Source: Candidatus Binatus soli | Lineage (GTDB): Bacteria; Desulfobacterota; Binatia; Binatales; Binataceae | NCBI GenBank assembly: GCA_002479255.1 | Contig: DLMJ01000021.1 | Coordinates: 68,943-132,942 of the forward strand | DNA: 64,000 nt | Reading direction: 5' to 3' | In this document: positions 33,847 to 43,011 of the stretch, piece by piece | Position numbering within the stretch: position 1 is the first letter of the stretch | Layout: each line of letters starts with the position of its first letter | Position numbers and translations under genes: made by a program | Notes under the pieces: model-generated | The model's input: the letters and a program-made list of their open reading frames with translations, nothing else | Told to the model about the DNA's origin: nothing | The model's database searches: none

Positions 33847-34674
33847 ATGACAACCCCGATTCGAGTCCATCTTATCACGGGAGGATTTCCTCCTGGTTCC
33901 TTCGCCGGCCATGACATGGATTTCGTGCGGCTGCGCATCCTGGGCCTTCTGCAACAGAACTCGCAGGTGCTTACGACCAGCGGCAATGATTTCGCCGATA
34001 TCGCGAAATGGTTGCCCGGCAGCCGGTTGATGATCACCTATGTCGCCGGGCCGTATCCCAGTGACGAACAGAATTATTTCATTCGCAACTGGCTCGAAGC
34101 GGGAGGCCGATGGCTCGCGCTTCACGGCACCAGCGGCGGAAAGGCTGCGCCAGTGGGCGGGAAGCGTTACGTCCGAAAAATGGTGAAGGGCAGTTATCAC
34201 GACACGCTTGGCTGCTTTTTTCTCAATCATCCCCCGGTGCGCAAGTTTCGCGTCGACGTAGCCGATCGCGAGCATGCCCTTACTCAGGGCCTGCCGGCAT
34301 CCTTCGATGTCATGGACGAACTCTATCTCATTGAGCTTCAGGACCCCGCCAACAGCCATGTGCTGCTCACGACTCTGCTCGAAAAAGACCCATCGCCGCC
34401 CGGATTCGGTTTCGTCTACGACCACGATACTTCGCTGATGCCCGACGGCAAAACCCGCGTGCTCGGATACACGCGCGAGACCGGGATGGGGGGAGTGACC
34501 TACATCGCGCTCGGCCACTGTCACTCGCCGATAAGCAACGTTCAGCCGTTTGTCGATTCGAGCGTCGAGCCTTCAGGAACTACTCCAATGGTTTTCCGCG
34601 GCTCGTGGGAGACCCCGGAATACCAGACGCTGATTCGTAACGCTCTGCACTGGGGCATTGGGGCCAATTCCTAG
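33847..34674 (+). CDS. ThuA-like (class I GATase fold) domain protein
   Basis: GG.W.ALHG, F..HP, DELY, G.V.YIALGH and L..NALHW. Confidence 0.8.
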   Translation: MTTPIRVHLITGGFPPGSFAGHDMDFVRLRILGLLQQNSQVLTTSGNDFADIAKWLPGSRLMITYVAGPYPSDEQNYFIRNWLEAGGRWLALHGTSGGKAAPVGGKRYVRKMVKGSYHDTLGCFFLNHPPVRKFRVDVADREHALTQGLPASFDVMDELYLIELQDPANSHVLLTTLLEKDPSPPGFGFVYDHDTSLMPDGKTRVLGYTRETGMGGVTYIALGHCHSPISNVQPFVDSSVEPSGTTPMVFRGSWETPEYQTLIRNALHWGIGANS

Positions 34675-34718
34675 CGCGCGCGTTCGATCGAGCGCGACGA
34701 CCCTTCGCGGCTAAGACA

Positions 34719-34778
34719 GGTTCCGCATCAATAAAGTGATTCCCCCTTCCCTACTGCGCGCGTGCGCGCGCTGGGTCA
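34719..34778 (+). repeat. Partial family A repeat tail abutting the methyltransferase stop codon
   Basis: GGTTCCGCAT-CAATAAAGTGATTCCCCCTTCCCTACTGC..GGTCA is a near-direct repeat of 35827-35892. Confidence 0.75.
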
Positions 34779-35597
34779 TTTCACTCCAATTCTGAGCCGG
34801 TAGCTCCAGAACCACGGCACGACAGCGTCGCCGAGCGCGTGGCGCGCCGCCTCACGCAACGCGGTGATCCCGATCTCATCCTCGCCGATGCCGTGCTTGA
34901 GCAGCGTAGCGATCTCGCCTTGGCTGAGCGCGAGCCCGACCAGCCGCTCCGCGCCTCCGCTCTCGACGTGATGAAGCACGACCTCCTTCACGTAACGGAA
35001 CCGCCCGCTCTGCCTGATCCTTTCCAGATGCCCGCCCTTGTTCCACTGATGGACCTCGGGCGCGAGGCGTCGCGAGCGCTCGAGCGCCTCCGCCTTTGCT
35101 CGGCATGCGTTGTAGGCCTGTTCGGCTTCAGCGTTGAGCGTCGGCGGCCAGTCGCAGTCGTAAGCGGCAAACACCCCGTTGTCGCGCAAAATGCGCGCAA
35201 CCTCGGCGAATGTGGCGTTCGGCTCCATCCAGTGCAGCGACTGCGAACAAGTCACGATGTCGGCGTATCGGTCGGGAAGGCCGGTCGCGGTCGAGAGCCC
35301 CTCGATGAACCTGACCGTGCCCGCACCGGAGTCGGCCACGCGGCGCTCATCAGCCTGCGCGCGCATGTCGGCATTGGGCTCGACCCCGACGGCCTCGGAT
35401 GCGCATCGCGTCCAGATGAGGGTCGAAAGCCCGCTGCCGCTGCCGAGATCGACGACCACGGGCCGCGGCTTTGCGGCTAGCTGCGTCAGGAGATCTACGA
35501 TGACTTCGGGCGGTCTCGGCCGGTACCTGTCGTAGAGTTCGGCGAAACCCGAGAAGCGATCGGTATTGGCGGCAACGTGGGCGCGATCGGCGCTCAT
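34776..35597 (-). CDS. Class I SAM-dependent methyltransferase
   Basis: RF...A..YDRYRP, VVDLGSGSG, GVEPN..M and QSLHWM. Confidence 0.9.
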   Translation of the reverse strand: MSADRAHVAANTDRFSGFAELYDRYRPRPPEVIVDLLTQLAAKPRPVVVDLGSGSGLSTLIWTRCASEAVGVEPNADMRAQADERRVADSGAGTVRFIEGLSTATGLPDRYADIVTCSQSLHWMEPNATFAEVARILRDNGVFAAYDCDWPPTLNAEAEQAYNACRAKAEALERSRRLAPEVHQWNKGGHLERIRQSGRFRYVKEVVLHHVESGGAERLVGLALSQGEIATLLKHGIGEDEIGITALREAARHALGDAVVPWFWSYRLRIGVK

Positions 35598-35735
35598 GAA
35601 GTGAACCCCCGCATGCGCCAAGTCTAGTTGCGCCGCGTTATCGAGGCGAGCGATCCGCCGTTGGCACGGCTGGCCAGTATCAAGAAAGGGAAACCCGGCG
35701 CGCTGTAATCGGACTTTTCACTCTCCCCTAACCCC

Positions 35736-35846
35736 TTTTAACAGGCCGTCAGGCCGCATCTTCTCTTTTCTCTTATCACTGGGTGCAGGGGTCACCCCTG
35801 CCCAAGGAGGTGCGGAACCCACGGTGGGTTCCGCATACAATTAAGT
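35736..35846 (+). repeat. Family A multi-hairpin repeat, forward copy
   Basis: TAACAGGCCGTCAGGCCGCATCTT..GGGTGCAGGGGTCACCCCTGCCCAAGG..GCGGAACCCACGGTGGGTTCCGCATACAATTAAGT. Confidence 0.9.
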
Positions 35847-35889
35847 GATTTCCCCCCTTCCCCACTGCACGCGCGCCGCGCGCGTGCGG

Positions 35890-37284
35890 TCACCCCTGCC
35901 CCTGCCAACGGCCCGCACTCACCCCGTGAGTTGACGCAATGATGCGGATAGCGGCACGGGTGACGGGCGCCAAGCTCGGGCGATGAATCTTGTCGAGCGT
36001 GTCGATCGCGTCGAAGAGGTAGAAGGGCGCCGTCAGGAAGTTGACCAGCGGCACGCCGGCAAGATGAAAGGGGCCGCCGTCGGTGGTCGGTGATGGGCCG
36101 AAGACTTCGGGCGGCAGGATCAGCGACCGCTCGAGCTGCTCGGCGACGATCGCCTCGCGCACGATAGCCTCGAGCGATGCGAGCCTGCTCGTGAACCACC
36201 AGCGCGGCTCCGGATGTCCGGAAGCTGCCAGGCCACCGTCACGCTCGACCATCTCGATGGCGGCGTGCTCGAGATGGACTTCGAGCACCACGCGAGCCAG
36301 TTCCGTCCTGTGCCGGTCGATGAACGCGTGTACTCCGGCCCCGCCGGCCATGTGCCCCGCGTTGAGGAGAAAGACCAGGCGATGCGGGCGCTCGGCCGGC
36401 GCGATGCGCGACCAGTAGCTGGCCTGCGCCAGGACCATCGATACGCCTGACGCGTCCTCGACGGCGGACGCCCACGGGCCGTCGTGATGGGAGCCGACGA
36501 TGACGCTGTCGTCGTCGGCGCCCGGGATTTCGCCAACGACGTTATAGCTGGTGATGTCGTGGCGGATCGCGCGGCTGATCAGCGTGACCTGCACGCGACC
36601 CGCGTCGCACAGCTGCCGCAGTCGCGCGCCGTCGCTGCCGCTGATCCAGACTCCGGGGATCGCGCGGGCTACGCCATCGTAGGGGACGTAGTACCGGTTC
36701 GAGTCGCCGGGGTAATCGCTCAGCACCCCTACGAATCCCACCGCCCCTGCCGCGATCGATGCGTCCATAACTGCCATCAACTGATGGCTGAACGGCAGCA
36801 CCTGGGTTGCCCCGGCAAGAGTGCCAGCCGGATCGTATCGGCGCCAACTGGTATCGGCTTCGCGTGTCACGGCGCCTGCGAGCATCAGGGGAAGATCCGC
36901 CGGAGCACGCATCAGCGGCACATCGACCAGAGCGAGCGCGCCACGGACGGCGCCGGGCGTTTCGTCACGCCACTGGACGAGCGGTGCATCGAGACCGTCA
37001 CCGTCGGTCGCCGCCGAATGCGGCAGGGAGAAACATGGGATGCGCGACTCGCGGCCATCCGCACGCACGATAATCGCCGACTCGAGCGGCTCCCAGTAAG
37101 GCAGCGTCACGGGCTCGAGCCGGACCTGCTCCAGTCCGAATTGGAGGAATTTTTCGCGGCAGAAATTCTCGGTCCATCGATCGGCCGCATACCCGGGCCG
37201 CCGCACGCCGCGGGCAAAGACGGTCTCGATCCAATCGAAGATGGTGCGCTCGTCCGGGACGAACGCCTCTTGCAGAGTACTCAT
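35890..37284 (-). CDS. M28-family metallopeptidase with a PA-like insert
   Basis: NVVG..PG..VIVGSHHDG..AVEDASG, TDGGPF and DTLDK. Confidence 0.8.
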   Translation of the reverse strand: MSTLQEAFVPDERTIFDWIETVFARGVRRPGYAADRWTENFCREKFLQFGLEQVRLEPVTLPYWEPLESAIIVRADGRESRIPCFSLPHSAATDGDGLDAPLVQWRDETPGAVRGALALVDVPLMRAPADLPLMLAGAVTREADTSWRRYDPAGTLAGATQVLPFSHQLMAVMDASIAAGAVGFVGVLSDYPGDSNRYYVPYDGVARAIPGVWISGSDGARLRQLCDAGRVQVTLISRAIRHDITSYNVVGEIPGADDDSVIVGSHHDGPWASAVEDASGVSMVLAQASYWSRIAPAERPHRLVFLLNAGHMAGGAGVHAFIDRHRTELARVVLEVHLEHAAIEMVERDGGLAASGHPEPRWWFTSRLASLEAIVREAIVAEQLERSLILPPEVFGPSPTTDGGPFHLAGVPLVNFLTAPFYLFDAIDTLDKIHRPSLAPVTRAAIRIIASTHGVSAGRWQGQG

Positions 37285-37327
37285 TGCACTGACTCTCCCA
37301 GACGCGCGCAGAATAGCAAAAGTGAGA

Positions 37328-37438
37328 ACTTAATTGTATGCGAAACCCACCGTGGGTTTCGCGCATCCTTGGGCAGGGGTAACCCCTGCACTCAATATTA
37401 AAACAAAGATGCGGCCTGACGGCCTGTTAGAACTTTTT
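37328..37438 (-). repeat. Family A multi-hairpin repeat, reverse copy
   Basis: Reverse complement aligns end to end with 35736-35846 and, over 34 bp, perfectly with 39809-39842. Confidence 0.9.
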
Positions 37439-37466
37439 CAGGGGGAAACTGATGTGCTCTGCTGTT

Positions 37467-37508
37467 GTGTCATTCTAGAGCGAAAGCTGCTGTAGCGAAG
37501 AATCCCGG
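37467..37508 (+). repeat. Family B palindromic repeat, half copy
   Basis: GTGTCATTCTAGAGCGAAAGC..AGCGAAGAATCCCGG. Confidence 0.75.
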
Positions 37509-37734
37509 CTCTTGCCTCGCCCGTTATTTCACGGGACGTGCCACGAGCACACGGCGGCCGAGCGCAGCGGGACAAGGTGAGGGTGAATGGCGAAGCGGTC
37601 CGCATCAGTGCCGCAGGCAACGGCCCAATCTGCGCCTTGCAATGCCGTGAGCAAAGACGAGAATACAAATCGTGGAGTGGTGGCCGCCAACAAAGATTCT
37701 TCCGATCCTCAGGTACAGGGGCACCTAAGAGGCG

Positions 37735-37836
37735 ATGGGATCAGCAAACTTCGCGCAACCGACCTTCATCGACCTGTTCTGCGGAATCGGCGGGACGCGG
37801 CTGGCGTTCGAAAGCGCAGGGTGTCGGTGCGTGTGA
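37735..37836 (+). pseudogene. dcm: N-terminal fragment of a C5-cytosine DNA methyltransferase
   Basis: My translation is MGSANFAQPTFIDLFCGIGGTRLAFESAGCRCV*, which is motif I (F.DLF.G.GG) followed by a stop; not in the ORF track. Confidence 0.8.
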
Positions 37837-37849
37837 GGCTTTGTCCGCT

Positions 37850-37981
37850 ATGGCTCTAGAAATCTATTACGAAGATGAAAATGGCGAGCATTGGGTGTGG
37901 CCCTGCAAATCGTTGGCCGAAGCCAAAGAGTTCGTGAAGCAGCTTAAACAATTCGGCTGCGTGCCAGTTCACGTCGGATAA
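37850..37981 (+). CDS. 43-aa hypothetical protein
   Basis: MALEIYYEDENGEHWVWPCKSLAEAKEFVKQLKQFG..; protein-like composition; GAGG upstream. Confidence 0.4.
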   Translation: MALEIYYEDENGEHWVWPCKSLAEAKEFVKQLKQFGCVPVHVG

Positions 37982-38019
37982 CGCGCCAAGAGTGTCTTGA
38001 AGATCATGACGGGAGAGAA

Positions 38020-38880
38020 ATGGCTTCCAAAGCAAAGTTTGGGACGCATTGGCAGAGCGATGAACTCGATGCGATTGTCGCCGACTATTTCGCCATGCTG
38101 GCGGCCAACCTTTCTGGACAGCGGTACGTCAAATCCAGCCACAGCAAGGGCCTCATGGCTCGGATAGGCCGGACGCACCATTCCATCGAATTTAAGTACC
38201 AGAACATTTCGGCGGTGTTGGATGAGTTGGGCCTGCCGTGGATTCCCGGCTACAGACCCAAGAGGAACTACCAAAGCGCGATCTTCGATGCGATTGACCG
38301 TTACCTCACGAAGCACTCCGATGTTCTCGAATCTGTCCCAATTTCACCGACACCGCCGGCATTGCCAACTGAAATCTTTGTCGCGCCGCCACCGCTCGTA
38401 TCAGTTCCTGAGCGGATTCCAGAGGGTTTAAAGCGCCTTGTCCGGAAATTTGATCCGGTCGCGCGCGATCATCGCAATCGTTCTCTTGGCAAGGCCGGCG
38501 AAGAGTTTGTCTACAATCTTGAGCGCCGACGACTCGCTGCAGTTGGCCGCTCAGACCTAAGCCAGAGGGTGCGATGGGTCGCCGCGGAAGAAGGCGATGG
38601 CGCAGGCTATGATGTCCTTTCGTTCAATACGACCGGAGGAGAGCGATTGCTGGAGGTGAAAACCACCAACGGATCCGCGCGCACCCCTTTCTTCCTGACC
38701 CGCAATGAGTGTGACGTCGCAAAGGAGCGCCCTGAGGACTGGTGCATCTATCGGGTCCACTTGTTCGCGAGGGAACCGCGTATTTTTACGATTTCGCCGC
38801 CGCTGGAACTCAAACTGGATCTCCATGCGGAGTTGTGGCGCGCCTCGTTTTACAGCCGTGCAGAGGAGAAGCGACAATGA
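38020..38880 (+). CDS. DUF3883 (NO VEIN C-terminal, PD-(D/E)XK) putative endonuclease
   Basis: LGKAGEEFV..E, GDGAGYDVLSF..LEVKTT..F.LT.NE; N-terminal W..DE...V.DYF.ML..SIEFK.QNISAVL. Confidence 0.88.
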   Translation: MASKAKFGTHWQSDELDAIVADYFAMLAANLSGQRYVKSSHSKGLMARIGRTHHSIEFKYQNISAVLDELGLPWIPGYRPKRNYQSAIFDAIDRYLTKHSDVLESVPISPTPPALPTEIFVAPPPLVSVPERIPEGLKRLVRKFDPVARDHRNRSLGKAGEEFVYNLERRRLAAVGRSDLSQRVRWVAAEEGDGAGYDVLSFNTTGGERLLEVKTTNGSARTPFFLTRNECDVAKERPEDWCIYRVHLFAREPRIFTISPPLELKLDLHAELWRASFYSRAEEKRQ

Positions 38881-39152
38881 GAGAGAAGCAAGCGGGTGAC
38901 TTCAAATCGGCTGCCGAGGTGGCGCAGCACGTCGAAACACTGGTTGAAGGCTGGGCTTCGGTAATCCGCTGCAAAGCCGAAAGCTTTGGCGGCACTCCGT
39001 GCGGCCGGATCGTAATGGTGGTGTTCCGCGATTTCTACCAGCCGTTAATCGGCGATGAGATAGAGGAGTGGGATTCATCGCGGGCGCTGGTGTGCGAAAA
39101 CTGTGCAACCCGCCTCGGAATGCTGGACCACGGATCCAAGAGGCGCGCATAG
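38877..39152 (+). CDS. Small hypothetical protein with four Cys (possible Zn binding)
   Basis: ATGA overlap with the DUF3883 gene and GAGGAG RBS; RC..PC..VCENC. Confidence 0.5.
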   Translation: MREKQAGDFKSAAEVAQHVETLVEGWASVIRCKAESFGGTPCGRIVMVVFRDFYQPLIGDEIEEWDSSRALVCENCATRLGMLDHGSKRRA

Positions 39153-39212
39153 CTGGCGTACTCCATCAGATGGGTACCATACCATCCGGGGTTTCAAGCG
39201 CGCGTCTTCCAC

Positions 39213-39348
39213 TTTGTCATTCCGAGCGTAGCGAGAAGTCCCGGATTTTTCCGCTGCGTTTCTGAGCGCTGCCGTACCTTCTTACCCTTTCCGAGCCAAA
39301 TCCGCGCCCGGGATTTCTCGCGCTGAGGATGGCGCTCGAAATGACAAA
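39213..39348. repeat. Family B palindromic element, complete (two inverted arms)
   Basis: TTTGTCATTCCGAGCGTAGCGAGAAGTCCCGG ... CCGGGATTTCTCGCG..CGCTCGAAATGACAAA. Confidence 0.8.
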
Positions 39349-39511
39349 AGAGGAAGCTTCGCTCGAACTCAAGCTTCAAGCCAACCGCAGGCGCGATCGT
39401 ACCGTTAACCGGCTGCTTGCTCGCGACGGCTGGGCGGTGGTCAGAATCTGGGAGCACGAGTTGAGGAAGCCAGCGCTGGTTGTAAAAAGGTTGCTGAAGG
39501 GTCTGGCTTAG
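39329..39511 (+). pseudogene. vsr: C-terminal fragment of a very-short-patch-repair endonuclease
   Basis: KLQANRRRDRTVNRLLARDGWAVVRIWEHEL is the Vsr C-terminal signature; the N-terminal MALEMT comes from the repeat arm. Confidence 0.8.
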
Positions 39512-39530
39512 CAGCAAAGCGCGGTCCATA

Positions 39531-39606
39531 CCATCATTCTGAGCGAAAGCTGCTGCGCGCGAATGTTCGCGGATCCGGGGTCCCTCGGCTTCGCTCGGGA
39601 TGACGG
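39531..39606. repeat. Family B palindromic element, complete
   Basis: CCATCATTCTGAGCGAAAGC...GCTTCGCTCGGGATGACGG. Confidence 0.75.
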
Positions 39607-39649
39607 AATCGGAAAGCGCGATTCGTCTTTCGTTCTCCTGAACTAAAAA

Positions 39650-39665
39650 CGTTTCACGTGAAACA
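39650..39665. other. parS-like centromere palindrome
   Basis: CGTTTCACGTGAAACA is 15/16 to TGTTTCACGTGAAACA; intergenic. Confidence 0.75.
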
Positions 39666-39775
39666 TTCGTCTCTGGATCCTAGGAAATAACCCCTGTTTC
39701 GCAAAATGCGCCGTAATTGCAACGCCATCGGACGCGCGTCGGCCTCGTCCCGCGTGAGGCGAGGCCAGGAAGGAA

Positions 39776-39806
39776 CCGGGTTCCTTCGCTGCGCTCAGGA
39801 TGACAC
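39776..39806 (-). repeat. Family B palindromic repeat, half copy (reverse)
   Basis: CCGGGTTCCTTCGCTGCGCTCAGGATGACAC. Confidence 0.75.
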
Positions 39807-39808
39807 AA

Positions 39809-39974
39809 AAAAAGTTCTAACAGGCCGTCAGGCCGCATCTTTTCTTAGCATCGGGTGCAGGGGTCACCCCTGGCCGTTGGCACGGCTGCCAGTATTAAGA
39901 GACCGCGCCCGCGGCAGTGGCCGCGCGCGACAACGGAGCGCGGCCTTAACATTGGGTGCAGGGGTCACCCCTGC
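39809..39974 (+). repeat. Family A multi-hairpin repeat, forward composite copy
   Basis: AAAAAGTTCTAACAGGCCGTCAGGCCGCATCTTT, two GCAGGGGTCACCCCTG hairpins, GCCGTTGGCACGGC..CAGTATTAAG and GCGCGGCCTTAAC. Confidence 0.9.
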
Positions 39975-41537
39975 TTAGTGAAAGCGGTCGTATCCCAGCC
40001 AGAGCGTCAGCAGGATAAGCGGCCTGACGATCGGTTCCTCCGCGCTGCCGATTATCCCCTCGATTGAATCGGCCGGGCCGCGTGCTTCCCGGCCCTCATC
40101 GCCGGTGTAGCTTGTGTCGGAGACGGGGAAGCCCAGTTCGCGTGCTTGGGCCAGCAGCGTGCGCGTAACGTCGGTGCCGAAATGAGGATTGATGATGAAC
40201 AGTCCCTCGTCGAGTGGGCTTACGTACTCAACGATGCCCATCTCGTAAGGCGGCGGATCGTAGCCGAGCTGATCCTCGGCAAGCGAGAAGAGGTAGTGCC
40301 CTTGCGCGGTCACGCGCGCTTCCATCGTGAGTTGCGTTTCGGGAAAAGACTCGCCCGGCACCGCGGCAAAGAAGAGCGTGCCGATTCGCACCGCGCCCAC
40401 CAGCGTGCGTATGTTGCTTTTGTTGTCCGCCATATAGGGTTCGCGGTTCGAGCGCATCACGCGATCGACACCGGCCCTTCCGTTGATCATCAGGCCCGCC
40501 AGCACAGGATTGTCGGCCGGCTCTTCGAGGATTGTTTCGGCGGTCGCGATCGGGCCGTCGATTTTCACCGCATCCGCCTCCGCTTGGAGGGCGAGCCTGG
40601 CGACGGTTGCGCCGTAGCTTTCGGCTGCCAATGGCCCGCGTGCTCCGATCGCGTTCAGATCGGGCTGGGTGCGCCCGACCGAGGCGACCATCACGAGCGC
40701 CGTCGAATCGGGATTGGCCTTCTCGACGGCTCCCACAGCCGCGGCGGGCCAATCGGGCGAGATCAGCGTATTGTCCTTGCCAAGCGCGGTGACATGCGCG
40801 CTGAAGTTGATCAGCGTCGCGAACGGCGCGCCGTCGGAACCCTTGGCGAACAGCACGCGCAGCTTGGTGTCGAGCGGATACCCGGGGAGGATGCTTCTCA
40901 GGAGATGGGACGGCGCGGTATCGATTTCGCCGGAGTACAGCGATGCCGGCCGTTCGGCGCGGATGGCAGATTCGATTGCGGCGACTGTCTGATCGGCAAC
41001 GAACTTCAAGTATTCCGCTGGTACGCCACCCCATACTCCAATGTCGTCGGGTCCGGAATGATCGTGCGTGCTGGCGATGATCATGGCGCCTTCGGGAATG
41101 CCTGTGTCTTTCGACACGCGCCGGCGGATGTCCGCAGAGCCATACGGTGCGTCGTCCCCCTGGTAGGCGAGAAAATGCCCTTGCGTGTCGATCGCGCAGA
41201 AAACCACGGTCCGTTCACCGCGCGAGATCGCGATTGCACGCGCGTAGATGGGGCTCCGGACCCCGGTCGATCGCCTGACAGGACCGAAGCCGTAACCCCC
41301 GAGATAGACCGGCGAGGTCGGCGTGATTTCGCGCTTGGATGCGCCCACGCAATATTCGCCGCTCGATTCGGAGGCCGAACAGGCGGCCGTCGTCGCCGCC
41401 CCCGCAACCGGCTTGGACGCGCCGAACCAAAGCACGCATGCAGCGGCGGCCAGAATCGCCCGATGAATCTTTGGCGATGCGCGCACCATCTCGGCGGGAA
41501 GCTCCCTGCTGGTTCCGAGTTCGGATCGTAATTTCAA
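39975..41537 (-). CDS. Exported neutral/alkaline ceramidase-like hydrolase
   Basis: Signal peptide; VGAS.REITP..YLGGYG, ARA, STHDHSGPD, NFSAH and DWP. Confidence 0.75.
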   Translation of the reverse strand: MKLRSELGTSRELPAEMVRASPKIHRAILAAAACVLWFGASKPVAGAATTAACSASESSGEYCVGASKREITPTSPVYLGGYGFGPVRRSTGVRSPIYARAIAISRGERTVVFCAIDTQGHFLAYQGDDAPYGSADIRRRVSKDTGIPEGAMIIASTHDHSGPDDIGVWGGVPAEYLKFVADQTVAAIESAIRAERPASLYSGEIDTAPSHLLRSILPGYPLDTKLRVLFAKGSDGAPFATLINFSAHVTALGKDNTLISPDWPAAAVGAVEKANPDSTALVMVASVGRTQPDLNAIGARGPLAAESYGATVARLALQAEADAVKIDGPIATAETILEEPADNPVLAGLMINGRAGVDRVMRSNREPYMADNKSNIRTLVGAVRIGTLFFAAVPGESFPETQLTMEARVTAQGHYLFSLAEDQLGYDPPPYEMGIVEYVSPLDEGLFIINPHFGTDVTRTLLAQARELGFPVSDTSYTGDEGREARGPADSIEGIIGSAEEPIVRPLILLTLWLGYDRFH

Positions 41538-41580
41538 CGCGTCAGATCTTTCCGACCCGGCCGCGCGCGTATCTGAACAT

Positions 41581-43011
41581 TCAATCCCAAACCGGCGGCT
41601 TACGACCGATCCACGGCTGTGCCTGTTCGAGCTGGCCCGCGAGCTGGATCAGCGTCGCTTCGTCGCCGTAGCGCCCACCGAACATCGCTCCGATTGGCAA
41701 GCCCTCGCGATTCCAATAGAGCGGCAGCGAGATCGCCGGTTGCCCGGTGATGTTGTACACGGGGCATGGAATCGCAAAGTTCGCAATCTCGTCGAGCAGC
41801 TTCGTGGCCGGACTCATGAAGTCGATAGTGCCGATCCGCAGCGGCGGCTGACCCAAAGTGGGCGTCAGGAACAGATCGTGTGATTCGAAGAATGTCGCAA
41901 ACTGACGCGCGGCCTGTTGGAGCATCGCCTGCGCAATCAGATATTGCGACGCCGACACCTGCCTCCCGCGCTCGTACAGGTTCCACGTGAAGGTCTCGAA
42001 CTTGTCGGGCGTCGGCTCGGCGCCGGTCAGCATGCGCGTCGCCTCGATGGAGAGCGCCACTCCCGCCGCATAAACGGTTTCGAAGAGCTGCGCGAGCATC
42101 TGGTAATTGAGTTGCGGCACCGCCTCTTCGACCTCGTGTCCGAGTTCCGCGCACAGCTTTGCCGCTCGCTGTGTGGCCTCGATGCAGTCCGGATGAATGG
42201 CGCCGCCCAGCGGATTCACGGCCGAGAACGCGATTCGAAGCCGCTTGGGCGGCGTCGACGCTTCCTGCAGATAGGGGCGGATAGGCGGCGACGGGAAGTA
42301 TGGATCGCCAGGCATCGGACCCGCGGTTGCGTCGAGTGCCGCCGCGCTGTCGCGGACGGTTCTGGTCAACACATGCTCGACCGCCAAGCCGCCGAGAACG
42401 TCGCCGAGAGTCGGCGCGAGCGAGATACGTCCGCGCGTCGGCTTGAGTCCGACCAATCCGCAGCACGCTGCGGGGATTCGAATCGAGCCGCCGCCGTCGT
42501 TGCCGTGCGCGACCGGCACGATTCCTGCCGCGACCGCCGCGGCTGAGCCGCCGCTGGATCCGCCCGGCGTACGCTCGAGGTTCCACGGGTTATGCGCCGG
42601 CCCGTAAAGACGCGATTCGGTTACGGGGGGAATTCCCAATTCAGGCGCGTTGGTCTTGGCGAACGGGATGAAGCCCGCGCGCTTGTAGCGGGCTACCACC
42701 TCCGAGTCCGCCGGCATCGGCGTGGCCGGAATGAACGCGCACGCCGAGCGCGTCGGCATTCCGGCGCAGTCGCCCAGAATGTCCTTGAGCAGCATCGGCA
42801 CGCCCGCGAACGGCACAGCACCGGCCTCGTGCGTACGCGCCGTGGCGCGCGCGCGATCGTAATCCTTGAAAACGATCGCATTGAGCTTCGCGTTGTGTTT
42901 TTCCGCGCGCGCAATAGCCGCGTCCATCAGCTCGGCCGGCGTAATCTTGCGCTCGCGCACCATGCGGCCCAGGGCCAGGCCGTCGAAGGAAGCGTATTCG
43001 TTGAATGACAT
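41581..43011 (-). CDS. Amidase (amidase-signature family)
   Basis: [24 protein letters not shown] and [12 protein letters not shown]. Confidence 0.95.
   Translation of the reverse strand: MSFNEYASFDGLALGRMVRERKITPAELMDAAIARAEKHNAKLNAIVFKDYDRARATARTHEAGAVPFAGVPMLLKDILGDCAGMPTRSACAFIPATPMPADSEVVARYKRAGFIPFAKTNAPELGIPPVTESRLYGPAHNPWNLERTPGGSSGGSAAAVAAGIVPVAHGNDGGGSIRIPAACCGLVGLKPTRGRISLAPTLGDVLGGLAVEHVLTRTVRDSAAALDATAGPMPGDPYFPSPPIRPYLQEASTPPKRLRIAFSAVNPLGGAIHPDCIEATQRAAKLCAELGHEVEEAVPQLNYQMLAQLFETVYAAGVALSIEATRMLTGAEPTPDKFETFTWNLYERGRQVSASQYLIAQAMLQQAARQFATFFESHDLFLTPTLGQPPLRIGTIDFMSPATKLLDEIANFAIPCPVYNITGQPAISLPLYWNREGLPIGAMFGGRYGDEATLIQLAGQLEQAQPWIGRKPPVWD

Noticed and set aside
34700..40000. 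CRISPR array
   Set aside because: Repeats are kilobases apart, variable and inverted; no regular spacers and no cas genes
41979..41994. Second parS-like sequence GGTTCCACGTGAAGGT
   Set aside because: Lies inside the amidase CDS and the right arm is degenerate
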